From: an uncultured Chloroflexia bacterium | GTDB lineage: Bacteria; Chloroflexota; Limnocylindria; Limnocylindrales; CSP1-4 | Assembly (NCBI GenBank): GCA_963734535.1 | Contig: CAVTHS010000008.1 | Location: 448,001 to 512,000, forward strand | Direction of reading: 5' to 3' | Length of the DNA: 64,000 nucleotides | Part shown: piece by piece, positions 50,525-60,555 of the stretch | How positions within the stretch are numbered: position 1 is the first letter of the stretch | Layout of the letters: each line of letters starts with the position of its first letter | Notes under the pieces: model-generated | Told to the model about the DNA's origin: nothing | Databases searched by the model: none | Seen by the model: only the letters and a program-made list of their open reading frames with translations | Made by a program: the position numbers and the translations under genes

Positions 50525-51304
50525 ATGGACGGACGCGTGAAATCACCCCCTATCGAAGCCCGCCGAGCCCTGCTGCTCCACGATCGCCCGCTGATGGTGA
50601 ATCTCATCACCCTGACGCTGAACCACGGCGTGTTCGACGTCCGGGCCGCGAGCAGTTTCGCCGAGGCGAAGGCGATCATGGCGGAGTGGCGCCCGAACAT
50701 CTCCCTGATCGACATGGACCACGACGACAGCACGGCGCTCCTCAAGCTCCTGGGCGCCTCCAACGCGATGCGGAGAATCGGGACGCCGGTCCTCGGGCTG
50801 ACCACGAGGGGCGACCTCAGGACGAAGCTCGCAGCGTTCGACCTCGGCGTCGACGACATCCTGGCAATACCCTTCTCGCCCGAAGAGCTGCTCGCGCGCA
50901 CCATCGTGATCACGAGGAGGTCGTTGGGCGTCGACCTGCCGCTCATTCCCGTCATCCGGCTCGGCGAGATCGACGTCGACATCGTCAACCGCGAGGTGCG
51001 CGCGGGCACCTCGGTCGTGCAGCTGACACCGATCGAGCAGAGCCTGCTCTACCTCCTGGCCAGCTGCGGTGGTCGCGTCGTGACGCACGAGGAGATCCTC
51101 GACGCGATCTGGGGCACCGACTTCGTGGCCGAGAGCAACATCGTCGACCGCCACGTCCGGAGCCTGCGCGTCAAGCTCCATGACGACTACAGGCATCCGC
51201 GCTTCATCGCGACGGTCCAGAACAAGGGCTACCGCTTCATCCCAACGTTTTCCGACGCCGGGTCGGGTGAGGCGCCGCACGCGAGCGGGCACGCCCGCAA
51301 CTGA
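50525..51304 (+). CDS. Orphan OmpR-family response regulator with atypical receiver
   Basis: Winged helix (LTPIEQSLL, SNIVDRHVRSLRVKL, FIATVQNKGY). Receiver has HD at the acidic pocket and lacks the conserved Lys (DDILAIPF). Confidence 0.85.
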   Translation: MDGRVKSPPIEARRALLLHDRPLMVNLITLTLNHGVFDVRAASSFAEAKAIMAEWRPNISLIDMDHDDSTALLKLLGASNAMRRIGTPVLGLTTRGDLRTKLAAFDLGVDDILAIPFSPEELLARTIVITRRSLGVDLPLIPVIRLGEIDVDIVNREVRAGTSVVQLTPIEQSLLYLLASCGGRVVTHEEILDAIWGTDFVAESNIVDRHVRSLRVKLHDDYRHPRFIATVQNKGYRFIPTFSDAGSGEAPHASGHARN

Positions 51305-51373
51305 GCACCGCCCGCGCCGCGAACCGCCGCCCGGGACCTGCCGCGCGCGTGCGCTGCCCGGCGGACGAGCCGG

Positions 51374-51937
51374 CTACCTCGCCACGCGGTAGCGGAGGTA
51401 GACGACGCTCGAGCCGAAGGTGCGGGTCTCGACGAGCTCGAGATCCACCCGGCGCTCGCGCTGCGGAAAGAACGGAATGCCACCGCCAACCAGCACCGGG
51501 TAGACCATTGCCCGGTACTCGTCGATCAGACCCAACGCGGCAGCCTCGGCGGCCAGCGTCGCGCCGCCGATCGCGATGTCGCCCTCCCCCGGCTCGGCTC
51601 GCAACCGCTCGATCTCCTCCGCCAGGCCGCCGGAGGCCAGGCGGGCATTGCCCTGCACCGCCGACAGCGTGGTGGAGAACACCACCTTGGGGAGCGGCTT
51701 CCAGAGCGCGGCCCACTCGACCTCTGCGTCGTCGAGCGATTGATCCTCGTCGGCGGTCTCCCAGTACAGCATCGTCTCGTACAGCCGTCGTCCCATCAGG
51801 TGGACGCCGACCTCTCGAATCTCGTCGATCCAGAAGCGAAAGACCTCCCCGTCGGGCACGGTCCAGTCGAAGCCGCCGTCCGGCCCGACGATGTAACCGT
51901 CAAGCGAGACGCCCATCGAGTAGGTCACGCTGCGCAT
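51374..51937 (-). CDS. Dihydrofolate reductase/RibD C-terminal family protein
   Basis: SLDGYI, LMGRRLYE, KVVFSTTL, GLIDEY...YPVLVGGG. Confidence 0.9.
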   Translation of the reverse strand: MRSVTYSMGVSLDGYIVGPDGGFDWTVPDGEVFRFWIDEIREVGVHLMGRRLYETMLYWETADEDQSLDDAEVEWAALWKPLPKVVFSTTLSAVQGNARLASGGLAEEIERLRAEPGEGDIAIGGATLAAEAAALGLIDEYRAMVYPVLVGGGIPFFPQRERRVDLELVETRTFGSSVVYLRYRVAR

Positions 51938-52092
51938 CGGAGTCCTCCTTGGTGAGGGTTCGACAATACGACCGCCCGACGCCGCAGCTATGCGGCGGCC
52001 GCCTGAGAATCCGGCCGATCTGACCCCACCGGCGGGGCATCCCGTGGCTGAATCTGCGCAGGCCATTGCCGCGATGGCGCTTGTGCTCGACG

Positions 52093-52416
52093 CTACGGGC
52101 CGGCGGTGGGCGCGGGAAGAGTCGTGTCGCGGCGTCCGTCGCTGAACTCGATGAGCAACCATGCCAGGTCTGCGGGGATGAGATACCAGCCTCCGATGAA
52201 GCCGAGCAGGAGCAGGACAGGCAGCAGGAAGGCTGGGAGTCTCATCCGCTCACGTCGGCCTGCAGGGTGATGCTCTCGCGTGACGATCCACGGGACGATC
52301 AGCAGGACGCCCCACAGGACCACGTAGGGCCAGCCAACGAAATTGCCCGCGAGCATGGGAAGGCCAAGTCCCGCGACCGCGAGGATCCAGGGAACGGATC
52401 GAATGCCAGGTCGCAT
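52093..52416 (-). CDS. Hypothetical membrane protein
   Basis: Several hydrophobic segments; GAGGTG SD. Confidence 0.55.
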   Translation of the reverse strand: MRPGIRSVPWILAVAGLGLPMLAGNFVGWPYVVLWGVLLIVPWIVTREHHPAGRRERMRLPAFLLPVLLLLGFIGGWYLIPADLAWLLIEFSDGRRDTTLPAPTAGP

Positions 52417-52555
52417 AGCCCCACCTCGTCGGCGGTGATCAAACGCGGTCAGTCAGTCCGGCAGCAGGCAGAGATGTTGGGTGCTGAAGCCAGCATCATT
52501 CCGGAGGGTGTCGTCACTCGGATCGAGGCGGTCGATCGCCTGACGGGGAGTCTCG

Positions 52556-52789
52556 TCAGGGCAGGTGTCGGTTGAACGGGGATCCCGGCCCGACCTCGCG
52601 GGCGTTCGGATCAAGCCGATGTGTGTACTCGCGGCTGTAACGCTCGGAGATCGGCCAACCCGCCGCGCCGATCAGGGCGAGGACCGCGAGATACCAGAAC
52701 CCCGCGATGACCAGGGCCAGGGCGAACACCACGAGCGTGAGCCCGAACACCCACTTCACGCGGACCTTGATCGCAGCCTCCTGGCGCAC
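52556..52789 (-). CDS. Hypothetical small membrane protein
   Basis: Two TM-like segments. Confidence 0.5.
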   Translation of the reverse strand: MRQEAAIKVRVKWVFGLTLVVFALALVIAGFWYLAVLALIGAAGWPISERYSREYTHRLDPNAREVGPGSPFNRHLP

Positions 52790-52981
52790 CTGCGCCGTTC
52801 GAGCCCATCGATGAGATTCTCGGTCTCCGCTGGCGCGAAGGCAAGCGAAACCGGCCGCACGGCGAGCGGTTCGGCGGCTGTCCCGGTTCGTTCCTCCAAC
52901 GCGGTTCCCTCGAGCACTCTACCCCGACTCGTTTGCCGTCAAGGTCAGGGACGTACCAACCGGCTCAGACGCAAGAGACGC

Positions 52982-53014
52982 TTGACATGTGACTATTTCA
53001 TCACGTATTGTGAC
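52982..53014 (+). promoter_or_regulatory. Promoter with overlapping ArsR-type operator
   Basis: TTGACA...TATTGT with an ATGTGA-N8-TCACGT dyad, just upstream of the ATG. Confidence 0.6.
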
Positions 53015-53018
53015 GGGC

Positions 53019-53774
53019 ATGGACCCGGTGTTCAAGGCGCTTGCCGATCCCACGCGGCGGAGCCTGCTCGACGAGCTCTTCCGTGAGGATGGGCAGACCC
53101 TGAGCGCGCTCGAAGGGCGCTTCTCGATGTCGCGCTTCGGCGTGATGCGGCACCTGCGATTGCTCGAGGAGGCGGGCCTGATCGTCACCCGGCGACGCGG
53201 CCGCGAGAAGCTTCACTTCCTGAACCCGGTCCCGATCCGGCTCGTCCACGACCGGTGGGTGAGCAAGTACGCCGAGCCCTGGGCGAGTGCGCTCAGCGAC
53301 CTCAAGAGCAGATTGGAGCGTCCCATGGAAAAGGTGTTCGAGATCTACATCAAGACGACCCCGGAGCGCCTCTGGGAGGCGATCACCGATCCCGAGATCC
53401 GGAGCAAGTACAACTTCGGCGCGCGGATCGAGTCCGACTTCACGGTCGGGTCGACCATGCGGCAGCTCACGCCGATCGGTGCCGTGCTCGGCGAGGGCGT
53501 GAATCTCGAGGTGGACCCGCCGCGCCGGCTCGTCCAGAGCATGGTCGCGCTGTGGGGCGAGGACGTGAAAGCCGAAGGCACATCACGGATCACGTGGGAG
53601 ATCCAGCCGATCGCGCCCGACTCGTGCCGGCTGACCGTAACCCATGACCAGCTGCGCGAGGGCGCCAACGAGCAGCTCTACGGCGGCTGGCCGATGATCC
53701 TCTCGGGCCTGAAGACGTGGCTCGAGTCCGGCGAGCTTCTCACCACGCCGGGGTCGCTTCTGTACGCCGGCTGA
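53019..53774 (+). CDS. ArsR HTH-SRPBCC fusion regulator
   Basis: VFKALADPTRRSLLD...HFLNPVPI, followed by IYIKTTPERLWEAITDP...GWPMILSGLKT. Confidence 0.9.
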   Translation: MDPVFKALADPTRRSLLDELFREDGQTLSALEGRFSMSRFGVMRHLRLLEEAGLIVTRRRGREKLHFLNPVPIRLVHDRWVSKYAEPWASALSDLKSRLERPMEKVFEIYIKTTPERLWEAITDPEIRSKYNFGARIESDFTVGSTMRQLTPIGAVLGEGVNLEVDPPRRLVQSMVALWGEDVKAEGTSRITWEIQPIAPDSCRLTVTHDQLREGANEQLYGGWPMILSGLKTWLESGELLTTPGSLLYAG

Positions 53775-53829
53775 GCCGGCAACCGCCGCGGGCGCGCCGT
53801 TCGGCACCGCCGCGTAGTGCAGACGTGGC

Positions 53830-54441
53830 TCAGCTGCCCGCCGGCGGTGCCGTCCCGGGTTCCACCATGACGAGGTCATACGAACCATCGGCGTACTGCC
53901 GGACGATCGTGACCCGCGCCGAGCCGGTCACCTTCGGACCGTGGTCGTCCCACTCCACCGATTGCTCGCCGGCATCGGCGAGGATCCTCCGGCAGTCCGC
54001 AGCGGTGATCGTCCCCTCGACCTTCCCGCGCCGCCCCATCCACGAGCGGACCGCGCGGACTGCCTGGATCGCCCCGATGACCTGGATCACGAACTGGACC
54101 GGGTCGGACCGGAGGACCTGCTCGGTGGCCCCGATCGCCTGGACCAGGAGGTCGAGCGAGCCCGGGCTCGCGTCCACCACGCGGAATCCCGCCTCGCCGA
54201 TCCGGAGCGGCCGCGGGCGGTCGTCCGCCTGGTCGGCGCCACGCCCCGTCTCGCGCCGCGCCTCCCGGTCGAACTCGATCAGCCGGTAGCCCACCTCCGA
54301 GAGCAGCGGCGGATCGAACTCCCAGAACAGGTACGTCTCCGCCGGGCCCTGATCACGCATCGCGCGATCGAGCTGCGCCGCCCGGGCGAGCAGGGCGTCG
54401 GCAACGCGGCTCGGCTGCCGCGGCCGCTCGTCGCCGGTCAC
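53830..54441 (-). CDS. Hypothetical protein
   Basis: Protein-like ORF with high GC3; no recognised motif; start uncertain. Confidence 0.6.
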   Translation of the reverse strand: MTGDERPRQPSRVADALLARAAQLDRAMRDQGPAETYLFWEFDPPLLSEVGYRLIEFDREARRETGRGADQADDRPRPLRIGEAGFRVVDASPGSLDLLVQAIGATEQVLRSDPVQFVIQVIGAIQAVRAVRSWMGRRGKVEGTITAADCRRILADAGEQSVEWDDHGPKVTGSARVTIVRQYADGSYDLVMVEPGTAPPAGS

Positions 54442-54662
54442 CGCTTCGCCCAATTGTCATCGCGCGCGGTGCTGGCCGCGAGCGCCGCCGCGATCTCGAG
54501 TCCCGGCGCCACCGACCCGCTGTCACCCGCGAGCACCTGGTGGTGCCCCGGTGCGACGTAGCTGATCCGCTGCTTGCCCGTCACTGGTGCCTCCCCGATT
54601 CGCCTGGTCGCGGCGTGGGCGCCATCGTAAGATCGTCGGGCCCGGGGAGCGAGGAGGAATTC

Positions 54663-55526
54663 ATCGCACGCATCGCCGTCGTCACCGATTCCACTGCCGA
54701 CCTGGCGCCCGCTGCCGCTGCGGCCGCCGGGATCCGGGTGGTGCCGCTGTTCGTGCGCTTCGGGACCGACGAGCTCCGGGTCGGGGTGGACATCACCACG
54801 GAGCAGTTCTGGGCACGGATGCTCGCGCCCGGAGCTCCCTTCCCGGCGACCGCGGCGCCGTCCCCGGGCACCTTCGGGGAGACGTTCGAAGCGTGCTTCG
54901 CGGAGGGCGCCGAGGCGATCATCTGCCCCACGATCGGCTCGAAGCTGTCGGCCACGTTCCAGAGCGCAACGCTGGCCGCCCAGGCGCTTCCGGATCGCGA
55001 GATCCACGTCATCGACACCGGATCGACGTCGATGTCCACCGGGATCCCGGCGCTGCTCGCGGTCGAGATGGCGGCGGCCGGCGCGTCGGGAGCCGAGATC
55101 GCAGCGCGCGTCCGCGACCGCCTTCCCGATGTCGACCTCTACGTCGCCGTCGACACGCTCGACTATCTCCGGAAGGGCGGCCGTCTCTCGCCGGCACGCG
55201 CCGCCATCGGCACGCTCCTTTCGGTCAAGCCGATCATCACCGTGATCGACGGGCTCGTGGTGATGGCCGAGCGGCCGCGGACCCGGGCCAGGGCCCGCGA
55301 ACGCGTCGTGGAGCTCATCACCGCAGCGCCGATCGAGCGGATCGCCTTCCTCCACACGTCGACCAGCACGCCGGACGAGATCCGGGCGTTCTGCGACCGG
55401 GTCCTCGCGCGGATTCCCGGCGGCGTCGACCCGGACCGCATCTCCGCCGGCCTGATCGGGGCGTCAACCGGTCCGCATCTCGGGCCGGACCTCATGGGCG
55501 CCGCGTTCCTTCGTCGGCGAACGTAG
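54663..55526 (+). CDS. DegV family fatty-acid-binding protein, apparent ATC start
   Basis: RIAVVTDSTADL, SKLSATFQSA, YLRKGGR, LLSVKPI, HLGP; GAGGAGG SD 5 nt before ATC. Confidence 0.9.
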   Translation: MARIAVVTDSTADLAPAAAAAAGIRVVPLFVRFGTDELRVGVDITTEQFWARMLAPGAPFPATAAPSPGTFGETFEACFAEGAEAIICPTIGSKLSATFQSATLAAQALPDREIHVIDTGSTSMSTGIPALLAVEMAAAGASGAEIAARVRDRLPDVDLYVAVDTLDYLRKGGRLSPARAAIGTLLSVKPIITVIDGLVVMAERPRTRARARERVVELITAAPIERIAFLHTSTSTPDEIRAFCDRVLARIPGGVDPDRISAGLIGASTGPHLGPDLMGAAFLRRRT

Positions 55527-55569
55527 CCGTCCGGGGGCGCCGCCGCGAAGGAAGCAGGGGAGGTGATGC

Positions 55570-55614
55570 GTCCGGGTCGGCGAAACGTCCGGGGTCGGCG
55601 AAACGTCCGGGGTC
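55570..55614 (+). repeat. Short ~18-bp tandem repeat between convergent genes
   Basis: GTCCGGG(G)TCGGCGAAAC, about 2.5 copies. Confidence 0.75.
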
Positions 55615-55617
55615 TGC

Positions 55618-56010
55618 CTAGCCGGCGCCGGGAACCGGTCCCTCGCGGAGGCCGAACACATTGCCGTCCGGGTCCGCGAACCAGGCTCCGCGAGCCGGAC
55701 CGATCTGGGCGATGAAGTTGACCGTCTTCGGCGTCTCGTATTCCTCGAAGGTGACGCCGCGCGAGGTCAGGTCGCCGATGATCGCCTCGAGGTCGTCGAC
55801 CTCGAAGTGGGCCACCGTCTGGCCGGCGTTCGGCTGGCCGCGCCTGACGCCGATCTGCGACCCCTTCCCTGCGCCAAGGCGGAAGGAGAACGGCGTGTCC
55901 TCGAGCAGAGGCAGGCCCACCTGCTCCGTGAAGAATTGCTTCGCGCGGTCAAGGTCGGTCACGGCGACGGTTGGAACCACGAGTGAGTCGGTAAGCACGG
56001 TGTCTTTCAC
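55618..56010 (-). CDS. VOC/glyoxalase family protein
   Basis: VTDLDRAKQFF, FEVDDLE, AWFADPDGN. Confidence 0.88.
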   Translation of the reverse strand: MKDTVLTDSLVVPTVAVTDLDRAKQFFTEQVGLPLLEDTPFSFRLGAGKGSQIGVRRGQPNAGQTVAHFEVDDLEAIIGDLTSRGVTFEEYETPKTVNFIAQIGPARGAWFADPDGNVFGLREGPVPGAG

Positions 56011-56055
56011 CTCGGGAAGATGCGAGCCTTCAGCAGGCGGCGTGGGTCTCGCGGC

Positions 56056-56349
56056 CTAGCCTGTCCGGGCCACGATCGACGCCATCGCGTCTGCGTCGAA
56101 GGCGCGCATCGTGGTCGTCCGGAGGTTGCCGGCCGAGCCGAGCGCGAGCGCGAACGCCGTCGCCGATTCCTCGTCCGGGAACTCCGTGACGGAGACCAGG
56201 TCGTACGGCCCGATGGTCCACCAGATCGACTCGATGCGGCCGCCGAACTTCGCGGCCAGCCCGTTTGCTGCGCTGGCCCTCGCGACCGTGTCCTTGTAGT
56301 CCTTGATCCCCTTCTCGGTCCAGTTGATCAGCGAGACATACCTGGCCAT
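56056..56349 (-). CDS. GYD domain protein
   Basis: YVSLINWTEKG, WTIGPYD, GNLRTTTMRAF. Confidence 0.88.
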   Translation of the reverse strand: MARYVSLINWTEKGIKDYKDTVARASAANGLAAKFGGRIESIWWTIGPYDLVSVTEFPDEESATAFALALGSAGNLRTTTMRAFDADAMASIVARTG

Positions 56350-56464
56350 GATCGGGACCCCCCACTGGCGCCGTCAGAGGGACGCGGCGCGCTCGCGAGA
56401 TCCTGCGCGAACGCGACCCCGAAGTCCAGCGGGTGATCCACCACGCGCTGTCGCTCGATCGGCG

Positions 56465-58135
56465 TCAGCGCTTCGATTGCCCGCCCCAGTGGGACCCGCC
56501 CGTCGTGTCGAGCCGCACGACCCACGTCGCGTTCGCGACGTCGTGGAGGAGCGGCACCAGGAGGACCGTCCCGGCCACCGAGGGGGTGTCGATCTCGTAT
56601 CCGGCGAACGACGATGCCGGGAGGTCGCCGCCGCTGTGAAGGACGACCTGGCCGACGGGGGGCCCACTCTGCCCGGGATCGAACCGCGTCGGGTCGGTCG
56701 CGACGAGCCGCGTCAGGGGCACATCGAGGTCGAGGGCGAGCCGCGCACGGATGTTGCCGGGCACCGAGAAGATGTCCGGTCGCTCGCGGTCGCCGAGCGG
56801 CGCGGTCCCCGGCCAATCGCGCGCCGAGAGGAAGCCCGCGAGCTCGTGCCGCAGCACCGGCTCCGCGATGTCCGCCGATCGGGCCAGTGCCTGGAACCGC
56901 GCGAGCGTCGCCTGGGTCGGCGCGTCGAGGGGGCCGAGCGTCGGTGACCCGATGAGGGCCGCGCCGGCACCGACCACCACCAGGGCGCACGCTGCGATGA
57001 CCCGGGCCGTGAAGCCCCGGCCCGGGACGAGCGCCGCTCGGTGTGCCCGGGCGTCCGTGCGCCCCCGACGGTCCCACCATCGCCGCAGCCCAGCACCGGC
57101 GAGCGACGCGAGCGAGCCGATCCCGATGGCCGCCGCGACGAGGATGACGGCCTGGATCGGAAGGAGGTAGCGCGGATCCGCGAATCGCCCGCTCGCGGCG
57201 ATGGCGATGAGGAACACCCCCATGCCCGGGCCGAGCGCGACGAGCGCGACGAGGATCGGCCACGCCCGTCGACGGATGAGAGCGACGACGCCGACCACGG
57301 CGAGGACGGACAGGATGGGCAGCCCCAGCGGGACGCCGATCACCTGCCGCGCGGCGCTCCACGCATCCGGGAGCGCGCCGGCTCGCGCCAGCGCATCGCC
57401 ATAGGCCGCCGAGACACGCGCCCAGTAGAGCGGGTCGCCGGTCAGCAGGGCGTCGTGGACGAGCATCACGGGCAGCGCGAAGAGGCCGATCCCGATCCGC
57501 CAGGATCCGGGTGGAACGGCTGCGCGCAGCCGGGCTCGACCGGCGGACCAATTCCGAGGCCAGCCCAGGCCGTCGCGGCTGGCCAGCCAGCGAACGAGGA
57601 CCGCGCCCAGGGCGAGCCCGATGAGCAGCACCGTCTCGAGCCGGGCGAGGGTGGCGAGGCCGAGCAGGAGCCCGGCGAGGCCCCAGCGCGGTCGGGGTGC
57701 GAGCACCGCGAGCGCCGCCGCGAACCAGAGGCCGAGCGCCCACGGGCTCGCGAGGCCCCACGCCGTCTCGAGGAGGAGCGCGGGCGACGTGACGAGGAGG
57801 GCGCCCATGGCGGCACCACCCGCGATCCCGGCGAAGCGCGCTGCGAGCGCGGTCCCCAGCCCGACTGCGCTCGCCCAGGCGAGGATCGAGACGATGGATA
57901 CCAGCAGCCACCCGCCGGCCGCGTGGGCGAGGCCGAGCGCGAGCGTCAGGAGCGGCTTCGGTGTCGTACCGAGGCCTCCCTCGAGATGGCGTCCGCTGAC
58001 GAGGCGATCGAAATGGAGCACGGATGCGAACGTGTCATAGGCGAGCGGCGGCCCGAGCGTCGGCCGGATAGCGGCCAGCGCGACGACGACGGCGACGCCC
58101 GCTGCGCCGATCGCGAGCAGGTGGCTCGTCCGCAT
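56465..58135 (-). CDS. Polytopic membrane protein, possible GT-C glycosyltransferase-like; start uncertain
   Basis: Many TM helices; YD, PKPL, LATLARLE and RYLLP motifs. Confidence 0.6.
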   Translation of the reverse strand: MRTSHLLAIGAAGVAVVVALAAIRPTLGPPLAYDTFASVLHFDRLVSGRHLEGGLGTTPKPLLTLALGLAHAAGGWLLVSIVSILAWASAVGLGTALAARFAGIAGGAAMGALLVTSPALLLETAWGLASPWALGLWFAAALAVLAPRPRWGLAGLLLGLATLARLETVLLIGLALGAVLVRWLASRDGLGWPRNWSAGRARLRAAVPPGSWRIGIGLFALPVMLVHDALLTGDPLYWARVSAAYGDALARAGALPDAWSAARQVIGVPLGLPILSVLAVVGVVALIRRRAWPILVALVALGPGMGVFLIAIAASGRFADPRYLLPIQAVILVAAAIGIGSLASLAGAGLRRWWDRRGRTDARAHRAALVPGRGFTARVIAACALVVVGAGAALIGSPTLGPLDAPTQATLARFQALARSADIAEPVLRHELAGFLSARDWPGTAPLGDRERPDIFSVPGNIRARLALDLDVPLTRLVATDPTRFDPGQSGPPVGQVVLHSGGDLPASSFAGYEIDTPSVAGTVLLVPLLHDVANATWVVRLDTTGGSHWGGQSKR

Positions 58136-58548
58136 GACGCTCGGGACGGCAATCCCGAAGCCGACGCGGAATGGGGCGAAGCGGCGCTCGAAGCTCGACA
58201 GGACGATCACCCGCGCTGAGGTTGGAGGAGGTGCAGGGGCGGACCTCGGGCCGCCAGCCGCTCTGACCGGCTCCTCCCCGCCAATCGGCCCGGCGCAGTT
58301 CCGGCGGTCCCGGCAGGCCGCGTCAAAGCCTACCGCGTGGCGACTCCGGTCGTGCGACTGGCGGTCTCACGATCGGAACCGCGTCGGCAGCTCGGCGCTG
58401 GACCGGGCAACCCGGGCCGTGCGAAGCACGGGCGTCATGGTGAAGGCGCGAGCGCTTCGCCAGGCTCAGCGCACGCCTGGAACCCCGGCCTGACAGCAAT
58501 GGGGCGCGGAATGGGCCCTGCGCCGGCTGCCGCGCCCGACAGTGAGCA

Positions 58549-58968
58549 TCAGCCGGCCCGCGTCACATCCTCCTTCAGCTCCAGGACCAGCTGCATCAGT
58601 CGATCCACGGATGGGTCGAGGAGGTCGTGGAGCACGGGGTCGACGTCGCCGAGCCCCCCCAGTCGCTCGACACGGACATCGCCGAGGCCTTCCCAGGTGA
58701 TGCCCAGCAGCCCGCTGATCCTTCGCGCCGCGTCCTGCTCCTCGCTCTGGAGGTGGAACGTGTCGGCCACTCGGGCGATTTCCGCCCGAATCTCGTCGAT
58801 CAACGCCTCCATCCGGACCCGCTGCTCGGCAGAGAACGGCGCGCGATCGCGACGATAGAGACGCCCGAAAGCGTCTTCATCCATCAGGCGGCGCACCGTC
58901 GCAAGGCGCTCCTCGAGCAGCCGCAACCTGATCGTTACGGCCCGCTCCTGGCCGGGGTTGAGGTTCAT
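58549..58968 (-). CDS. Hypothetical alpha-helical protein downstream of the MutS-like pair
   Basis: MNLNPGQERAVTIRLRLLEERL...RLGGLGDVDP. Confidence 0.7.
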   Translation of the reverse strand: MNLNPGQERAVTIRLRLLEERLATVRRLMDEDAFGRLYRRDRAPFSAEQRVRMEALIDEIRAEIARVADTFHLQSEEQDAARRISGLLGITWEGLGDVRVERLGGLGDVDPVLHDLLDPSVDRLMQLVLELKEDVTRAG

Positions 58969-59026
58969 GCGACGCCAATGGTCGCGGGCGCAAGGCCGTG
59001 GCCCGGGCCTGCATCTCGCAACGCGC

Positions 59027-60555
59027 TCACGCGGCCTCGCCGGAGTCGGCGCTGTCAAGTCCGTCGTGGCCGAAGACCCGGCGGTAGACGTCCCGCCCGA
59101 AGCTCGTCGGCAGCGGCGGCGCTTCGCGGAGCAGGAACGGCCGCTCGCCGTCCGTCCCTCGTTCCGCCCGGAGGAAGAGAGCGTCGGGCATCCCGAGTTG
59201 ATGGAAGGTCTCGGCGAGGTCGTAGAGGTGGGTGACATAGGCGACCTTCACCCCGTGCTCGAGGAGCGCGAGCACGATTCCTCGGGCGATCTGCGAGCCT
59301 TCGCGCTCGTTTGTCGCCGAGAGCGACTCGTTGAGGAGGACGAGGCTCCGGCCGCTCACGTGATCGATGACCTCGCTCATCCGCGCGAGCTCCTCGTCGA
59401 GCTTGCCTCGCTCCAGCGTCGGGTCCTCCTCCCGCCGGAAGTGGGTCAGCACCGCGTCCCGGACATCCGCGCGATACGCGTCGGCGGCAACGAACATCCC
59501 CGCCTGCATCATGAGCTGCGCGATCCCGATGGCGCGCAGGAGCGTGGACTTTCCTCCCCCATTGGCGCCCGTGATGACCAGGAGTGCCTTGCCATCCCCA
59601 GCAACGTCGTTCCCGATCGCACGTCCGTCGATCCTGAGGCTGAGGGCCGGGTCGTAGAGCCCGCGGGCTGTGAGCGTCGCCGACCCCACGGCGGGCGGGC
59701 CAGGGAAGCACAGGGGCTCACCCTTCGCGGCGAGCACTGCGTGGAGGTTGAGACAGCCAACGTAGAAGGCGAGCTCGGTCCGAAGCTGCTCGAAGAACCT
59801 GTGGACGTGCTCGGTCGACTCGGCGAGCGCCGCCGCTGCCGATGCGAGCCCCGCATCGCGGATCTCGCTGAGCGTGTGCATCCCGGCGTCGTCGCGCGCG
59901 ACCGACCTCGTAGGCGAAGCTGCGCCGCTCCTCGAGCCCGATCCACTCGCGCCAGGTCCGGCCGTCGCGGTGCCGCCGCCGCAGCACGAGGTCGGCCGCC
60001 CGCCCTTCCGGTCCGAGACGTGCGCTCACGAGCACCCCGCGTTCGATCGCTGAGCCGTTTCACGTGCTGCTCGACGGATCGAAGGTACGTGTCGTCAAGC
60101 TCTGCTTCGACGGTCTCGAAGAAGCGGCGGAACCCCTCCGACGAGAATCGGGCGGCATGCGCCGCGGAGATCGCGCGCAGCCGTCGAAACGACCCGAGGT
60201 AGACGACGAGGGCCGCCACGGACCGGTGGACCACGGCGTCCGGGGAGCGCAGCCCGTAGCCCCAGACCTTGCGACGCTCGCCTTCCTGCGTCTCGAGCGT
60301 GAGCTGGTAGAGCTCCCGGATGACCGCCTCCTCGGCGAGCGCGTCGCGGAGCACGTCCTGCCGGTACGCGATCGAGGCGGGATCACCGGGCGCGGCGAGC
60401 AGGATGTCCCGCGCCACTTCCGCCAGGAGGCCGTCGCGCCCCGCCATCGCGCCGATGACCGTCTCGAGCTCGAGGTCGGCAATGACGGATGCGAGATGGG
60501 CGGCCGGCCGCGCGAGGACGAGGTCGCCGTCGCGGGCGGTCAGGTGCGGCCTCAC
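59027..60555 (-). CDS. MutS-related ATPase (domain V, no mismatch-binding domain), frameshifts near 60045 and 59900
   Basis: ITGANGGGKST, AQLMMQAGMFV, THFRREED, GKLDEEL, LLNES, YVTH; GTG overlaps the upstream TGA. Confidence 0.85.

Noticed and set aside
55570-55614. Mini CRISPR array
   Set aside because: About 2.5 adjacent 18-bp units with no spacers and no cas genes.
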